The translations under genes and the position numbers were made by a program. The notes below the pieces were generated by a model. That model had not been told where the DNA came from, ran no database searches, and saw only the letters and a program-made list of their open reading frames with translations. Positions 30,478-43,664 of a DNA stretch of 64,000 bases are shown piece after piece. Source of the stretch: an uncultured Candidatus Babeliaceae bacterium (GTDB lineage: Bacteria; Babelota; Babeliae; Babelales; Babelaceae); the NCBI GenBank assembly GCA_963704655.1, contig OY969927.1, positions 576,001-640,000 of the forward strand. Reading direction: 5' to 3'. The stretch's first letter is position 1. Every line of letters begins with the position of its first letter.

Positions 30478-31110
30478 TTAAACTACGGGGTACTCACCTT
30501 TACAGATCCAAACTTTAACACCAATGATACCGTAGGTAGTTAATGCTCGAGCAGTACCATAATCGATATCTGCACGTAAGGTATGTAATGGGGTTGATCC
30601 GATACGAATCCACTCATCACGTGCAATTTCTGCACCACCAAGACGTCCTGCAACGCGAATTTTAACACCCTTAGCACCACTTCTTAATGCTGAAGAAGCT
30701 GCTTTTTTCATAACCTTTTTAAAACTTGCACGCTTTTCAAGATCTTGAGCGATCTTTTTAGCTACAACATGCGCATCAAGTTCAGGAACTTTAATTTCTT
30801 GAACAGATACTTCAATATTGTCTCGTTTTAAAAGATTAGCGAGCCCTCTACGCAAGTTATCGATTTCTTGCCCTTTTTTCCCGATTACAACACCAGGACG
30901 AGCAGCATGAATCACAACCTTGAAGCTGCTACCTGTTTTTTCTATTTCTGTTTTAGAAATATCTGCATCAGGAAGCATTCTTTCTAGATACTTACGAACC
31001 GCCAAATCTTCAAAGAAGAATTTTGCATATGAATCACGTGCAAACCAACGTGAATCCCAATCGCGATATACGCCAATTCTAAACCCTATTGGGTTAACCT
31101 TTTGTCCCAC
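30478..31110 (-). CDS. rpsC: 30S ribosomal protein S3
   Basis: GQKVNPIGFR, GRLGGAEIAR, PLHTLRADIDY. Confidence 0.98.
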   Translation of the reverse strand: MGQKVNPIGFRIGVYRDWDSRWFARDSYAKFFFEDLAVRKYLERMLPDADISKTEIEKTGSSFKVVIHAARPGVVIGKKGQEIDNLRRGLANLLKRDNIEVSVQEIKVPELDAHVVAKKIAQDLEKRASFKKVMKKAASSALRSGAKGVKIRVAGRLGGAEIARDEWIRIGSTPLHTLRADIDYGTARALTTYGIIGVKVWICKGEYPVV

Positions 31111-31111
31111 A

Positions 31112-31450
31112 CTAAGCCTCTTTAGATTCTAAAACAATCTTCATATGACATAACCGCTTGCGTTGAGGATTTGCTCGACCTTGAGCGCCAGGTTTAAAAT
31201 AGCGATGTATCGGTCCTTGGTCCACGCAAATCTCTTTGATAAAGAGATTTTCCGGTTCAATATTTTTAAGATTCTTTGCATTCGCAAGAACTGAATCAAG
31301 CACTTTCTTCACAACTTCTGAACGTTGTGAACGATAAGTACGCAACCAATTAATAGCGTAACGAGCATTTTTGCCACGTACGACATCAACCAGAGGGCGC
31401 AACTTATACGGCGAATATGAAAGATAACGTGCTTTTGCTGTAAATTCCAT
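31112..31450 (-). CDS. rplV: 50S ribosomal protein L22
   Basis: SPYKLR...VRGK, A.GRA. Confidence 0.96.
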   Translation of the reverse strand: MEFTAKARYLSYSPYKLRPLVDVVRGKNARYAINWLRTYRSQRSEVVKKVLDSVLANAKNLKNIEPENLFIKEICVDQGPIHRYFKPGAQGRANPQRKRLCHMKIVLESKEA

Positions 31451-31491
31451 TATTTATACCTTATTATGTTGTATTTATCAGTGTATATAAA

Positions 31492-31779
31492 TTACTTCTT
31501 TTCAGCAACCGCAGCTTTACGCTGACCACTATGCATTCTGAATGTTCTGGTCGGCACAAATTCACCTAATTTGTGGCCAACCATATTTTCCGTAACATAC
31601 ACTGCAACATGTTTTTTACCGTCATGCACAGCAAAAGTAATCCCAACAAAATCGGGAAGTACTGTGCTCGAACGACACCATGTTTTAATCGCCTCTCTTT
31701 TGCCACTTTGTTTAAGACGACTTACTTTTTCAAGTAAACTACTTGCAACAAATGGACCTTTTCTTGAGGATCTTGTCAT
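31492..31779 (-). CDS. rpsS: 30S ribosomal protein S19
   Basis: [16 protein letters not shown]. Confidence 0.97.
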   Translation of the reverse strand: MTRSSRKGPFVASSLLEKVSRLKQSGKREAIKTWCRSSTVLPDFVGITFAVHDGKKHVAVYVTENMVGHKLGEFVPTRTFRMHSGQRKAAVAEKK

Positions 31780-31801
31780 AAAAATTACCTTTTAAATCCT
31801 G

Positions 31802-32620
31802 TTATGGTCTTCTACGTTTCAAAATAAGCGGATTTTTACGCTTTCTTGTACGTGTACCTTTAGCACCTTTACCGGTCGGACTTACTGGATGTGATCCAGA
31901 TTTAGAACGACCTTCACCACCACCGTGTGGGTGATCAACCGGGTTCATAGCCATACCGCGAACGGTAGGACGAATCCCCATACGACGAGTTCTACCAGCT
32001 TTACCAATCGAAATATTTTTTTGATCAGCATTGCCAAGAACACCGATGGTTGCCCAACAATCGAGATGAATCATACGAATTTCACCAGATGGCATTTTTA
32101 CGGTTGCATAATCATCCGCTTTAGCCATAAGTTGACATGATGTTCCAGCGCTTCGAGCAAGTTTTCCACCTGTACCAGGAGTCATTTCAATATTGTGAAC
32201 CATAAAACCAACAGGGATAGAACGCAATGGTAAAGCATTTCCTACTTTAGCCTCAACTTCTTTTCCTGATATAACCGTTGAACCAACCGTTACATTTTGT
32301 GGTAAAAGCATGTAGCTTTTTGAGCCATTAGCATAGACCACAAGTCCGATTCTTACGTTACGATTTGGATCATATTCAATAGTAGTAACTTTACCAGGAA
32401 TATCATATTGATCTCTTTTGAAATCAATTAAACGATATTTCTGAAGAGCACCACCACCACGATGTCTAACCGTGATTCTTCCATAAGCATTACGACCACC
32501 GTGCTTACGCAATCCTATAACCAGAGATTTTTCTGGTGTAGATGTCGTAATATCACTTGAGTCTAAATACGTTTGGAAACGTAATGAAGCATTTCTAGGT
32601 TTACGTGTAACAATAGCCAT
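31802..32620 (-). CDS. rplB: 50S ribosomal protein L2
   Basis: IEYDPNR, AMNPVDHPHGGGEG. Confidence 0.98.
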   Translation of the reverse strand: MAIVTRKPRNASLRFQTYLDSSDITTSTPEKSLVIGLRKHGGRNAYGRITVRHRGGGALQKYRLIDFKRDQYDIPGKVTTIEYDPNRNVRIGLVVYANGSKSYMLLPQNVTVGSTVISGKEVEAKVGNALPLRSIPVGFMVHNIEMTPGTGGKLARSAGTSCQLMAKADDYATVKMPSGEIRMIHLDCWATIGVLGNADQKNISIGKAGRTRRMGIRPTVRGMAMNPVDHPHGGGEGRSKSGSHPVSPTGKGAKGTRTRKRKNPLILKRRRP

Positions 32621-32955
32621 TATTCACCACCCTTTGCTGATTCAGTCGAACCGGCATCAGAAGATGTCCAATTCATAATATCAATTGACTGGCCTTCTTT
32701 AAGAGTTACATACGCTTTTTTTCGTGTCTTGCCTTGAAAAATATGGCGTCCGGAACGTTTGAATTTTCCTTTAGACACAACAATACGAATCTTATCAGCC
32801 GTTACGTTAAACAATTCTCTAAGTGCCTGCGCAATCAATGGCTTATTAGCCTGTGGGTGTACTTCAAGAACCAACTGGTTAAATTGTTGGTTAAGACGGT
32901 ACACTTTGTTAGATATGCGTGGGCCCTTAATGATGTTATAGATACTTAAGTCCAT
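32620..32955 (-). CDS. rplW: 50S ribosomal protein L23
   Basis: ANK..I, KKAYVTL..GQSI. Confidence 0.95.
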   Translation of the reverse strand: MDLSIYNIIKGPRISNKVYRLNQQFNQLVLEVHPQANKPLIAQALRELFNVTADKIRIVVSKGKFKRSGRHIFQGKTRKKAYVTLKEGQSIDIMNWTSSDAGSTESAKGGE

Positions 32956-33569
32956 AAGCCGACCATTTCTTTAAATAAATCGCTATCTTTTGCTAAAAAC
33001 ATCCAATTATCGCCATTCGCTAATGTAAACGCATTTGGCTGATCAAAAAAGATCATTGAAACATTTGGAATATTAGCAAATGATGCTTGTGTTATAAAAT
33101 CATACGTTGAAACAAAAAACACCACTTTTTTATCCGCAAGTCCTGCCTGTTTTAAAGCAGAGTATGCTAAAGCTGTTTTCGGTCTTTCATCAGCAGACCA
33201 ATTCAACGAAATTACATTTTGAGCTTCAAGCTTAGACCACAATAAATCAGTAAAAACTTCTCTTTTGTGATTTTTTGTAACTTTAAGCGTTCTTACACGT
33301 TCCTGTGGACCAAAAGTTACACCACCTTTACGCCAAAGTGGTGAACGAGGACTTCCAGCACGTGCACGACCCGTTCCTTTTTGTTTCCAAGGTTTTTTAT
33401 TGGAAAAAGCAACTTCTGATCGATCTTTACATCCAACGGTACCTTGACGCCAATTTTGCATCAATGCACGAATATATTGTGCAAGGGCTTTAGTATTGGT
33501 TGTAGTCTCTGTACGCGCAGAAAGTTCTAAATCTGCCGGTGTAAGTACTGTTTTAATTACCTGCGTCAT
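32946..33569 (-). CDS. rplD: 50S ribosomal protein L4
   Basis: [19 protein letters not shown]. Confidence 0.97.
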   Translation of the reverse strand: MTQVIKTVLTPADLELSARTETTTNTKALAQYIRALMQNWRQGTVGCKDRSEVAFSNKKPWKQKGTGRARAGSPRSPLWRKGGVTFGPQERVRTLKVTKNHKREVFTDLLWSKLEAQNVISLNWSADERPKTALAYSALKQAGLADKKVVFFVSTYDFITQASFANIPNVSMIFFDQPNAFTLANGDNWMFLAKDSDLFKEMVGLWT

Positions 33570-34202
33570 TAATTACCCCCACGTTTTTTTAGATAAACGA
33601 GTGACCCGGATTTTCCTGGAATTGAGCCCTTAACAAGAACAATACGTGCTTGTGGTTCAATTTGCACAACTTCAAGATTTTTAATCATGCAGCGGTCTAC
33701 GCCCATATGTCCTGGCATACGTTTATTTTTCATAACACGACCCTGGCTTCTCATAAAACCGAGAGATCCACCTTTACGGCCAAGCTTGCTACCATGAGTA
33801 GCAACACCACCCGTAAAACCATGTCGTTTCACGCCGCCTTGAAAGCCACGTCCAATGGAGACACCAACAACATCAACATTATCACCTTTAGTAATAAATT
33901 CGTTGAATGTTAAAAGCGCTACCAACCTGAAGATCTTGTGTAAGATCTTCAACTAAACGTACTTCTCTGCGCACGCTAAAATATTTTTGTGGTTCTTCCA
34001 TCCATGAGGATGAGAACTCACTCGCTTCAAATCGCTTTTTCACGCATCCAAGCTGCACAGCGCTGTACCCATCTTTTTGCGTGGTTTTGACTTGCGTCAC
34101 AACCCAACGTGCAAGATCAATAACAGTTACTGGCACCACTTTATGATCATCGGAAAAAACCTGGGTCATTCCAATTTTTTTACCCCAGAAACCATTCATC
34201 AT
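33569..34202 (-). CDS. rplC: 50S ribosomal protein L3, apparent frameshift in homopolymer near 33913
   Basis: [10 protein letters not shown]...DGYSAVQ in one frame, [13 protein letters not shown]...MPGHMG in another. Confidence 0.93.
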
Positions 34203-34219
34203 TACATGACCTTTCATAC

Positions 34220-34526
34220 TTATTTAATTTCAACATCAACACCAGATGAAATATTCAATTTCATCAAAGCATCCATCGTTTGATCTGATGGAGAAACAAT
34301 ATCTAAAATTCGTACTATGCGTCGTAATTTCAAATTGCTCACGCGATTTTTTATCAATATGAGGAGAGCGCAAAACAGTAAAAAATTTCCATTGATTTGG
34401 AAGAGGAACAGGCCCCACAACATGTGACCCTGTTCTTTTAACCGTCAAAACAATTTGTCTAACTGCTTTATCAAGCAAATGATGATCGTAAGATTTTAAT
34501 GTTAAACGAATTTTTTGTTTTTTCAT
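34220..34526 (-). CDS. rpsJ: 30S ribosomal protein S10, apparent frameshift near 34315
   Basis: [11 protein letters not shown]...[14 protein letters not shown] then RILDI...GVDVEIK in a second frame. Confidence 0.93.
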
Positions 34527-34545
34527 CAATTATCTATCCATTCGA

Positions 34546-35749
<1,204 letters not shown>

Positions 35750-35798
35750 AGTTATCTCCTGACAACCTATATAATTAAATACACTATTCTATAACTTC

Positions 35799-37884
35799 TT
35801 ATATCTTATTCGCACTAAAATTTGTTCTTGAGCATGTTTTAGGAACTTCACGATAGCATTCAAATTCCATGGAATAACTTGCACGACCTTTAGTCATAGA
35901 ACGCAATGTCGTTGCATAACCAAACATCTCTGCCAAAGGAACTTCTGCCATGATAACTTGAGATCCCCCTTTGCTCTCCATTCCCAAAATTCTGCCACGA
36001 CGAGAGTTTAAGATCTCCCATAACATCACCCATATATTCTTCAGGCGTTTCTACTTCAACCTTCATTATAGGTTCAAGAAACATGGATGCAGCTTTCGTC
36101 ATACCATCTTTAAATGCCATAGATGCAGCAATTTTAAATGCAATTTCAGAAGAGTCAACATCATGATATGAACCATCATAAACTGTTACTTTAAAATCAA
36201 CAACAGGATATCCACCTAAAACACCAGAATTTATGGCTTCTCAAAACCTTTTTCAACCCAGGAATAAATTCACTTGGAATCGTTCCACCAACAATTTCAT
36301 TTTCAAATTCAAAACCTTTGCCTCGTTCAAGAGGTTCAAATTTAAACCACACATGACCATATTGACCACGTACCACCAGATTGACTAATGAACTTACCTT
36401 CAGCCTCAACAGGCTTTTGAATCGTTTCTTTATAAGCAACTTGAAGCTTACCTTGAGTCAACTTCAACCTTATGTTCACGCTTCAAACGATCAACAATAA
36501 TTTCTAGATGCAATTCACCCATACCAGTAATAACCGTTTGACCTGTTTCTTCATTATAAGAAAATCTGAAACGATGGATCTTCTTGCATCAATTTACGCA
36601 AGCGCAAGACCCATTTTTTCATAATCAGCTTTATTTTTTGGCTCAACAGATGTAGAAATAACTGGATCTGGAATATCAATATTTTCAAGCAAAATTGGAT
36701 GACTCTTCATCACACAATGTATCACCAGTTATAGCATCTTTAACACCAACAATAGCAGCAATATCACCAGCACGAAGCTCATTTAATTTCTTCTCGTTTA
36801 TTTGCATGCATTTTAACCAAACGACTTACTCGTTCTTTATTACCCTTGGTAGCATTATACACATATGAACCAGATTTAACGTTCCTGAATAAACACGAAC
36901 GAAAGTTAAAACACCCAACAAAAGGATCTGTCATAATTTTAAATGCTAGACGCACAAAATGGCTGCATCAGGATGATGTTTCACGCATTTCAACTAGCAT
37001 CAGTATTTGGATCAATACCTTTAACTGGCGGAACATCTAAAGGAGAAGGTAAATAATCAACAACACCATCAAGCAACAAGCTGAACACCTTTATTTTTAA
37101 ATGCAGTACCACAGAAAGCTGGAACAACTTTACGTTCAATAACACCTTTACGCAAAGCCGCTTTAATTTCTTCAATCGTAATAGGCTTCTTCATTAAAAA
37201 TTTTTCAGCAAGTGCATCATCAAAATCAGCATGCCTTTTCAACAATTTTTGCACATTGCTCTTCGACTTGTTCTTTATATTCTTCAGGAACTTCATGCCA
37301 ATTCAACATTATTTCCCATATTCACCACTCAAATGTGGCCATTTTTCTAGTTAAAACATCAATAATACCAGTAAAATTTTCAGATCCCAACTGGAATTTG
37401 CATAGCAACAGCATTAGCTGCAACTTTATATTAATATCTTTAACAACACGCAAAATAATCAGCCACCAATACGATCCAACTTATTAACAAAAATAATACG
37501 CGGAACCTTATAACGATTTGCTTGGCGCCAAACTGTTTCAGATTGAGGCTGAACACCACCAACACCACAAAAAACAGCAACAACACCATCAAGAACACGC
37601 AATGATCGTCCAACTTCAATGGTAAAATCTACGTGCCAGGAGTATCAATAATATTAATATGATAATTTTTCCAACAACATGTAGTTGCAGCAGAAGTAAT
37701 AGTAATACCACGCTCTCTTTCTTGCTCCATCCAGTCCATGGTCGCTTCACCTTCATGAACTTCACCAATCTTATGAGAAATACCGGTATAAAAAAGAATA
37801 CGCTCAGTAACGGTTGTTTTACCGGCATCGATATGTGCTGCAATACCTATATTTCTATATCTATCTAATGGATACTCATTACAT
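35799..37884 (-). CDS. fusA: Elongation factor G, multiple apparent frameshifts
   Basis: [59 protein letters not shown] in alternating frames; end approximate. Confidence 0.95.
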
Positions 37885-37895
37885 ACTTCCCTTAC

Positions 37896-38380
37896 TTACC
37901 AAGCATAATGTGAAAATGCGCGGTTAGCTTCTGCCATTCTATGCACATCAAGTTTTTTCTTAACGGCATTGCCACGACCTTCATACGCTTCAATAAGTTC
38001 ATGAGCCAAGCGCTCACCCATAGTTTTATCAGAACGACTTGCTGCAGCTGCAATAAGCCAACGCATAAGCCAATGCTCTACCACGATAAGGACTCACTTC
38101 GGTAGGAATTTGATAAACACTACCACCAACACGTCGTGGACGAACTTCAATAGCAGGAATAATTTGTTCAAGAGCACTATGCAAACATATTGAGTGCTTT
38201 ATCTTGATCGCCTGAACTTTTTTTACTAAGAATATCAAATGCATCATAGACAATAGTACGAGCGGCATTTTTCTTACCACGCTCCATAACAATGTTAATA
38301 AATTTTTGAACATCTTCTGAACCATAACGAACGTCTGGCTCAATAGTCTCTTATAAAATTTACGATTTACGCCTTGCCAT
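37896..38380 (-). CDS. rpsG: 30S ribosomal protein S7, multiple apparent frameshifts
   Basis: [33 protein letters not shown]. Confidence 0.93.
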
Positions 38381-38391
38381 ATTGTATTACC

Positions 38392-38769
<378 letters not shown>

Positions 38770-38998
38770 AGTTCTATATATCCATACGTTTTAACGGTGT
38801 AATTAATAATTTTTCTACTGTAAATTAAGGTAGACGCTTCCTTTAATTGTAGCTTTTTTACTAATTTTTTCAAGTGGTCAATTTTAACAAGCTTATTTAT
38901 TACTTCCCGGACTAACCACGGCAGGGTGTAAAAGTACCATTTTTATGATAGGCTTAATGGCATAAAATATCTTTTTTGTATCTCAATCAGGAGTATTC

Positions 38999-40135
38999 AT
39001 GCAACTTTCTGCACTTATTATGTATCTTCCTTTTATCTTAGCTGGCGCCTTAGGTTTTGGATTTCTTGTTGGCTTTCATGAGCTAGGCCATTTTCTCTTT
39101 TGTAAGCTCTTTGGTGTAAAGACCCCTTCATTTTCTATTGGCTTTGGTCCACAACTTCTTAAAAAGAAGATTGGTGATACCATATTTACCCTTTCCGCTC
39201 TCCCTTTTGGCGGGTATGTTGAAATCGCGGGCTCGGAAGAACCTGGTCAAGGCGAACAAAAAGAAAGCAAAAGTACCGCTCCAGATTCTTTTGCCATTAA
39301 ACCTTATTACCAAAAAATGCTCATTATAGCTGGTGGCATCGTATTTAACTTAATCTTTGCCTATATAGCCGTTACGCTCGCGTTTATTCTTGGGGCGCCA
39401 AAAACACCACTTTTATTCCCCAATAGCGCAACATCCGACATCGAGACACTTGTAGAAGATTCAGCTGCTGCCCATGCAGGACTTGTTGTGGGCGACACTA
39501 TTGAAGGGATCAAAGCTGGAGATGAACTTTATGAGCTTACCAAGCTTCCTTTACCCGTCTTTATGCAAAAGCTCATGCAAACACTCAGCGCACAGCGTGG
39601 CAAAGAGGTTACCTTACGTATTACCCATCACGAAAGTTCCGAAGTTTCTACAACTCGTGACGTTACGGTAACATTAGGCGATAAAGGCCTTGGTGTTTCA
39701 TTCGAATTTCTCCCGGTCAAAGCAAGCAGCTTTATGCAAGCGCTTCAAATGGGTATTAAGCAAACTAATTTCTGGATCTTTTCAACCATAGATGCATTAA
39801 CCAAGCTTTTTAGAGAAAAATCGGTTAAAGGTATCGGCGGGCCGGTTATGGTTATTAGCCACATGGTCAAAGGCGCAGAAAAGGGTTTTGTAGTCTTTCT
39901 GCTCTTTTTAGCATTTATCTCCGTTAACCTTGCCGTTATGAATCTTATCCCATTACCGGTCTTTGATGGTGGTCAAGCACTTTTTTACACTATCGAAGCA
40001 ATAATGGGCAGACCGCTCCATGAAAACATCAGAAATGGCATTGCCTATGCAACGTGGGTGCTCTTATTAGCGCTGATCGTTTGGATTACCATCCAAGACA
40101 TTTTAGTTCTTGCCAAACCCTATTTTGGTTTATAA
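38999..40135 (+). CDS. rseP: Intramembrane metalloprotease RseP (M50)
   Basis: HELGH, FSIGFGP, PDZ-like segment, NLIPLPVFDGG. Confidence 0.92.
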   Translation: MQLSALIMYLPFILAGALGFGFLVGFHELGHFLFCKLFGVKTPSFSIGFGPQLLKKKIGDTIFTLSALPFGGYVEIAGSEEPGQGEQKESKSTAPDSFAIKPYYQKMLIIAGGIVFNLIFAYIAVTLAFILGAPKTPLLFPNSATSDIETLVEDSAAAHAGLVVGDTIEGIKAGDELYELTKLPLPVFMQKLMQTLSAQRGKEVTLRITHHESSEVSTTRDVTVTLGDKGLGVSFEFLPVKASSFMQALQMGIKQTNFWIFSTIDALTKLFREKSVKGIGGPVMVISHMVKGAEKGFVVFLLFLAFISVNLAVMNLIPLPVFDGGQALFYTIEAIMGRPLHENIRNGIAYATWVLLLALIVWITIQDILVLAKPYFGL

Positions 40136-40158
40136 AATCTTTAAAAAATCTCTTATTT

Positions 40159-40182
40159 GGGGGCTTTTCTTGCCCCCTTTTT
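40159..40182 (+). terminator. Intrinsic terminator after rseP
   Basis: GGGGGC...GCCCCC-TTTTT. Confidence 0.65.
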
Positions 40183-40258
40183 CTTAAAACTCTTTATTTC
40201 ACACAACCTGATTAAGTATACTTAAAGTAATAAGTTATAATTTAAAAGAGAGTATACT

Positions 40259-41377
40259 ATGATATCAGCAAAAAACATTGCCCTTATTGTTGGGCTATTT
40301 ATAGCTTCAGCGCACCTATACTGCACAGAGAACACAAGAACACCTGAAGAAATACATGGCTATTATCTGAATCTGATCAATGAGGCTCAAGATCAAAACG
40401 ATTTGGGTGAAATTGATAACGCAAGAACACTTTATAACGAAATTATTACTACTCAAGAAGATATCCCCACTCAATTACGAAATTCAGCACGCCTTAAATT
40501 AGCCCAAATGCTGTTATACGGCTCCCCAAAAAGGCCTAATGAGGAAGAAACTGTGTATATTTTGGGACTTTTAAATGATATTGTTGAAAGCCCTCTTAAT
40601 CAAGTGGATATAAATGACTGGGCGCAAGCACATCTTATACTAGCAGACCTTTTATTGGCACACATTGATACATTGAAATTACAATCACCTGAGCATTATC
40701 ATGCAAACCTCGATTCTGCAATGGGGGATTATGTTTCTGTACTCGAACAACGACATAACTTAAAGCCGTGGATTGTTTATACTGCTGCAGTAAGATGCAT
40801 AGAGCTTGTTTATAACCATCCAATATTAACACAAAATATGCGTTCTAAGTTAAACTTTATGCTCGCTTACCGGTATATGGTCGATGCATATAACAATTTG
40901 TCAGATGAAGAAAAAGGAGATAGCACTATCCCTGGTATATTTGAGCTTAATACCATTCGAATTCATTATATACAACAACTTATAAAAGACGCTGACTATA
41001 CTCAGGCCCGTAAAGTATTAAACACTATTATTACAGCTCAAGATCCGAGCGTAGACCAAGCGACTAAAAACAAGGCTCGATTGCTTCTTGCTGAAACATT
41101 CACCATACAATCTAAATATACTCAAGCCCGTCAAATTTTAAACTATATTATTACTACTCAAAATCCAGAGGTAGATCAACCAACTAAAAATCGCGCACGC
41201 GTGATCCTGGCTGACATGAATCTACATGGCGAAGGATTGCCTAACAACGCGCCTGATATACCTGCAGCTAAAGAACTTTATAAAACAGTGGTAGAACAAG
41301 CTGAGATTAATATTATGGAAAATGACAAAAATAAAGCAGAACTTGCATTAAAGTTTATAAATAGGAAGAAGATATGA
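40259..41377 (+). CDS. Secreted TPR/Sel1-like helical protein, paralogue 1
   Basis: Signal peptide; C-terminal ARVILADMNLHGEGLPNNAPDIPAAKELY; internal 40-aa repeat. Confidence 0.75.
   Translation: MISAKNIALIVGLFIASAHLYCTENTRTPEEIHGYYLNLINEAQDQNDLGEIDNARTLYNEIITTQEDIPTQLRNSARLKLAQMLLYGSPKRPNEEETVYILGLLNDIVESPLNQVDINDWAQAHLILADLLLAHIDTLKLQSPEHYHANLDSAMGDYVSVLEQRHNLKPWIVYTAAVRCIELVYNHPILTQNMRSKLNFMLAYRYMVDAYNNLSDEEKGDSTIPGIFELNTIRIHYIQQLIKDADYTQARKVLNTIITAQDPSVDQATKNKARLLLAETFTIQSKYTQARQILNYIITTQNPEVDQPTKNRARVILADMNLHGEGLPNNAPDIPAAKELYKTVVEQAEINIMENDKNKAELALKFINRKKI
40997..41236 (+). repeat. Intragenic tandem duplication, 120-nt period
   Basis: YTQARKVLNTIITAQDPSVDQATKNKAR vs YTQARQILNYIITTQNPEVDQPTKNRAR. 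Confidence 0.8.
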
Positions 41378-42393
41378 AATTACTAAAACGCTTACTATCA
41401 TTAATGCTTCTCTTACTTGCTTATGCACCATCTGTTTCTTCCGCAGAAAGAACCATAACGCCACAAGAGCTTTTAGAACATTATAAGACTATGCTTGATG
41501 AAGCAATATGGCTAGATGGTGACAACAAAATCGATAAGGCCCGAGAACTCTATGAACGGATTATTTATAGCCCTTATCCATTGCCAATTTCTTTGCGTAC
41601 AAAAGCGGCTTATAATATGGCAGAGATGTTATACAATCAAAATAAAGTGCTAAAAACACCCTATAACAATATTATATATATTAGTGAACTGTTATCTTTT
41701 GTTACGAATGAACCTATTGAGACAATCGATTCAAACATCTGGGCTGATTCCCATCTTCTATTGGGCCAAATTGCTCTAGAAGGAGTGCTCACACCCGACC
41801 ATCAACCAGATGTTGCTTTTGCACGACAACACTTTTTTAAAATTTTTACCTTTAGAGCCAATCTAGACCCTTTGACTGTCTTTAAAGCTGCAATAACTTT
41901 GGCAGAGTATGTTTATGAAAATCCATCATTATTGGACCTTTATAGAATAAATATGTTGCTCGCTTACCGGTATATGATCGAAGCGTATGGTGCAACGCCT
42001 GACCACTATAAAAATGAAATCGATATGCCCGGTATCAACAAATATCCTATTGCTCGATTTCATTATGCACAGCAGCTTTTACAAGTGACTGGCATTTTTA
42101 ATAAAAGGGATAATTATATGCAAGCTCGCGAAATATTAAGCGATATCATAACCGTTCAAGACCCATATATAGATCAAAAAACTATAAACCGCGCACGGGT
42201 AATGCTTGCTGGCATGAATCTGCGTGGCGAAGGGTTACCTAATAATACGCCTGATATACCTGCGGCCAAAGAACTGTATAAAACCGTGCTCTCTCAGCCG
42301 AAAAATACTGTTATAAAAGAAGATATAACTAAAGCAAAAGTTGCACTGGATCTTATCAATCTGAATAGAAAACGAAAAAGAACAGAAGAATAA
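41374..42393 (+). CDS. Secreted TPR/Sel1-like helical protein, paralogue 2
   Basis: Signal peptide; WADSHLLL, AGMNLRGEGLPNNTPDIPAAKELY; ends NRKRKRTEE. Confidence 0.75.
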   Translation: MKLLKRLLSLMLLLLAYAPSVSSAERTITPQELLEHYKTMLDEAIWLDGDNKIDKARELYERIIYSPYPLPISLRTKAAYNMAEMLYNQNKVLKTPYNNIIYISELLSFVTNEPIETIDSNIWADSHLLLGQIALEGVLTPDHQPDVAFARQHFFKIFTFRANLDPLTVFKAAITLAEYVYENPSLLDLYRINMLLAYRYMIEAYGATPDHYKNEIDMPGINKYPIARFHYAQQLLQVTGIFNKRDNYMQAREILSDIITVQDPYIDQKTINRARVMLAGMNLRGEGLPNNTPDIPAAKELYKTVLSQPKNTVIKEDITKAKVALDLINLNRKRKRTEE

Positions 42394-42406
42394 AAAGGAA
42401 TAACTC

Positions 42407-43453
42407 ATGAAATTTCAAAAAAAATTACTATCGTTAATGCTTCTCTTACTTGCTTATGCACCAAATATATCATCAACAGAAAGAACCCAAACAGAACAAG
42501 AACTTTCAGACTATTATCATAATCTGCTTGAAGAAGCGATACTATTAGAAGAAAATGGAGGTATCGAGCAAGCAGAAGAAATATATAATGAAATCATTAC
42601 GAGTAACCAAGTACCAGAATTTTTACTCATTGAAGCATTAACCCACAAAGCAAAAATGCTCTATAATGCTTATGAGGGAAGCACTAATTATACGGAAAAA
42701 TTACCAAGCATTATTGAGCTTTTAAAAAATGTTGTTAACCACCCTGCAAAAGAAGAATATATACAATTTTGGGCAGAGGCGCATCTTTTATTAGCACAAA
42801 TATATCTTGATCTATTTGCAGAAAATAATGACCTTGCAAATATAAAATCAGCAATTAAACATTACGGTAGTATTTTAACAAGTCCCTTCACGATTGACCC
42901 AAAAATTACCTTTAAAGCAGCCCTTCATTACACTGAACTTGTCAATATATACTCTGATGATTTAGGTCTAAAAATTAATACTAGAATACCTTCAGAAATT
43001 ATGCTGGAAACATACTACAATATGATTCCACAAGAAGAAAGAAATAACGACATACCTTCCCAACTAGACCTTTTGCGTGTTCTGCTTCAAACAAAGCTTC
43101 GTACTGACCTTGCCATGGCCCAGCAACTTATTGTTTTACCACAGGTGAATAGCCCAATATCAAACGCTGTTCAAGCTCGTAAGCTATTAAATAACATTCT
43201 TATTGCTCCTTATAATGATTCATCAATCTTAAAAATCAAAAATCGAGCACGTCTTATTCTTGCCGGTATGAACTTACGCGGGCAAGGGCTGCCTAATAAT
43301 GCGCCTAATGTACCCGCTGCCACTGAGCTCTATCAGCTAGTCGCATCTCAACCAGAAGATTCAGTTATGAAAGGCGATAAAAATAAAGCAGCAGTTGCGC
43401 TGAATCTCATGAACCGCAATCAAAAACGCAAAAGAACAGAGATTGAAGAGTAA
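42407..43453 (+). CDS. Secreted TPR/Sel1-like helical protein, paralogue 3
   Basis: Signal nearly identical to paralogue 2; WAEAHLLL, AGMNLRGQGLPNNAP; ends QKRKRTEIEE. Confidence 0.75.
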   Translation: MKFQKKLLSLMLLLLAYAPNISSTERTQTEQELSDYYHNLLEEAILLEENGGIEQAEEIYNEIITSNQVPEFLLIEALTHKAKMLYNAYEGSTNYTEKLPSIIELLKNVVNHPAKEEYIQFWAEAHLLLAQIYLDLFAENNDLANIKSAIKHYGSILTSPFTIDPKITFKAALHYTELVNIYSDDLGLKINTRIPSEIMLETYYNMIPQEERNNDIPSQLDLLRVLLQTKLRTDLAMAQQLIVLPQVNSPISNAVQARKLLNNILIAPYNDSSILKIKNRARLILAGMNLRGQGLPNNAPNVPAATELYQLVASQPEDSVMKGDKNKAAVALNLMNRNQKRKRTEIEE

Positions 43454-43500
43454 TTCAGGCTCTGTTTTCCAATAAAGAAATACATAATTCAAAGATATAA

Positions 43501-43533
43501 AAAAAAGCCCCGATTATCTTCGGGGCTTTTTTT
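43501..43533. terminator. Bidirectional terminator, AAAAGCCCCGA family
   Basis: AAAAAAGCCCCGA-TTATCT-TCGGGGCTTTTTT. Confidence 0.85.
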
Positions 43534-43664
43534 ATAATAAGTGCTCAAAAGAATAATAATTAAAAAACTATATTTTCTTCAATATTTATGGCACTTTTGT
43601 TATAGTTAAATGACCGTTTACCAGTCGCACATAAAATATACACAACCAAAACAAAGGATGATTC

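Noticed and set aside
38770-38998. Possible ncRNA in the rpsL-rseP divergent spacer
   Set aside because: Short GC patch only; no recognisable tRNA, SRP RNA or riboswitch structure
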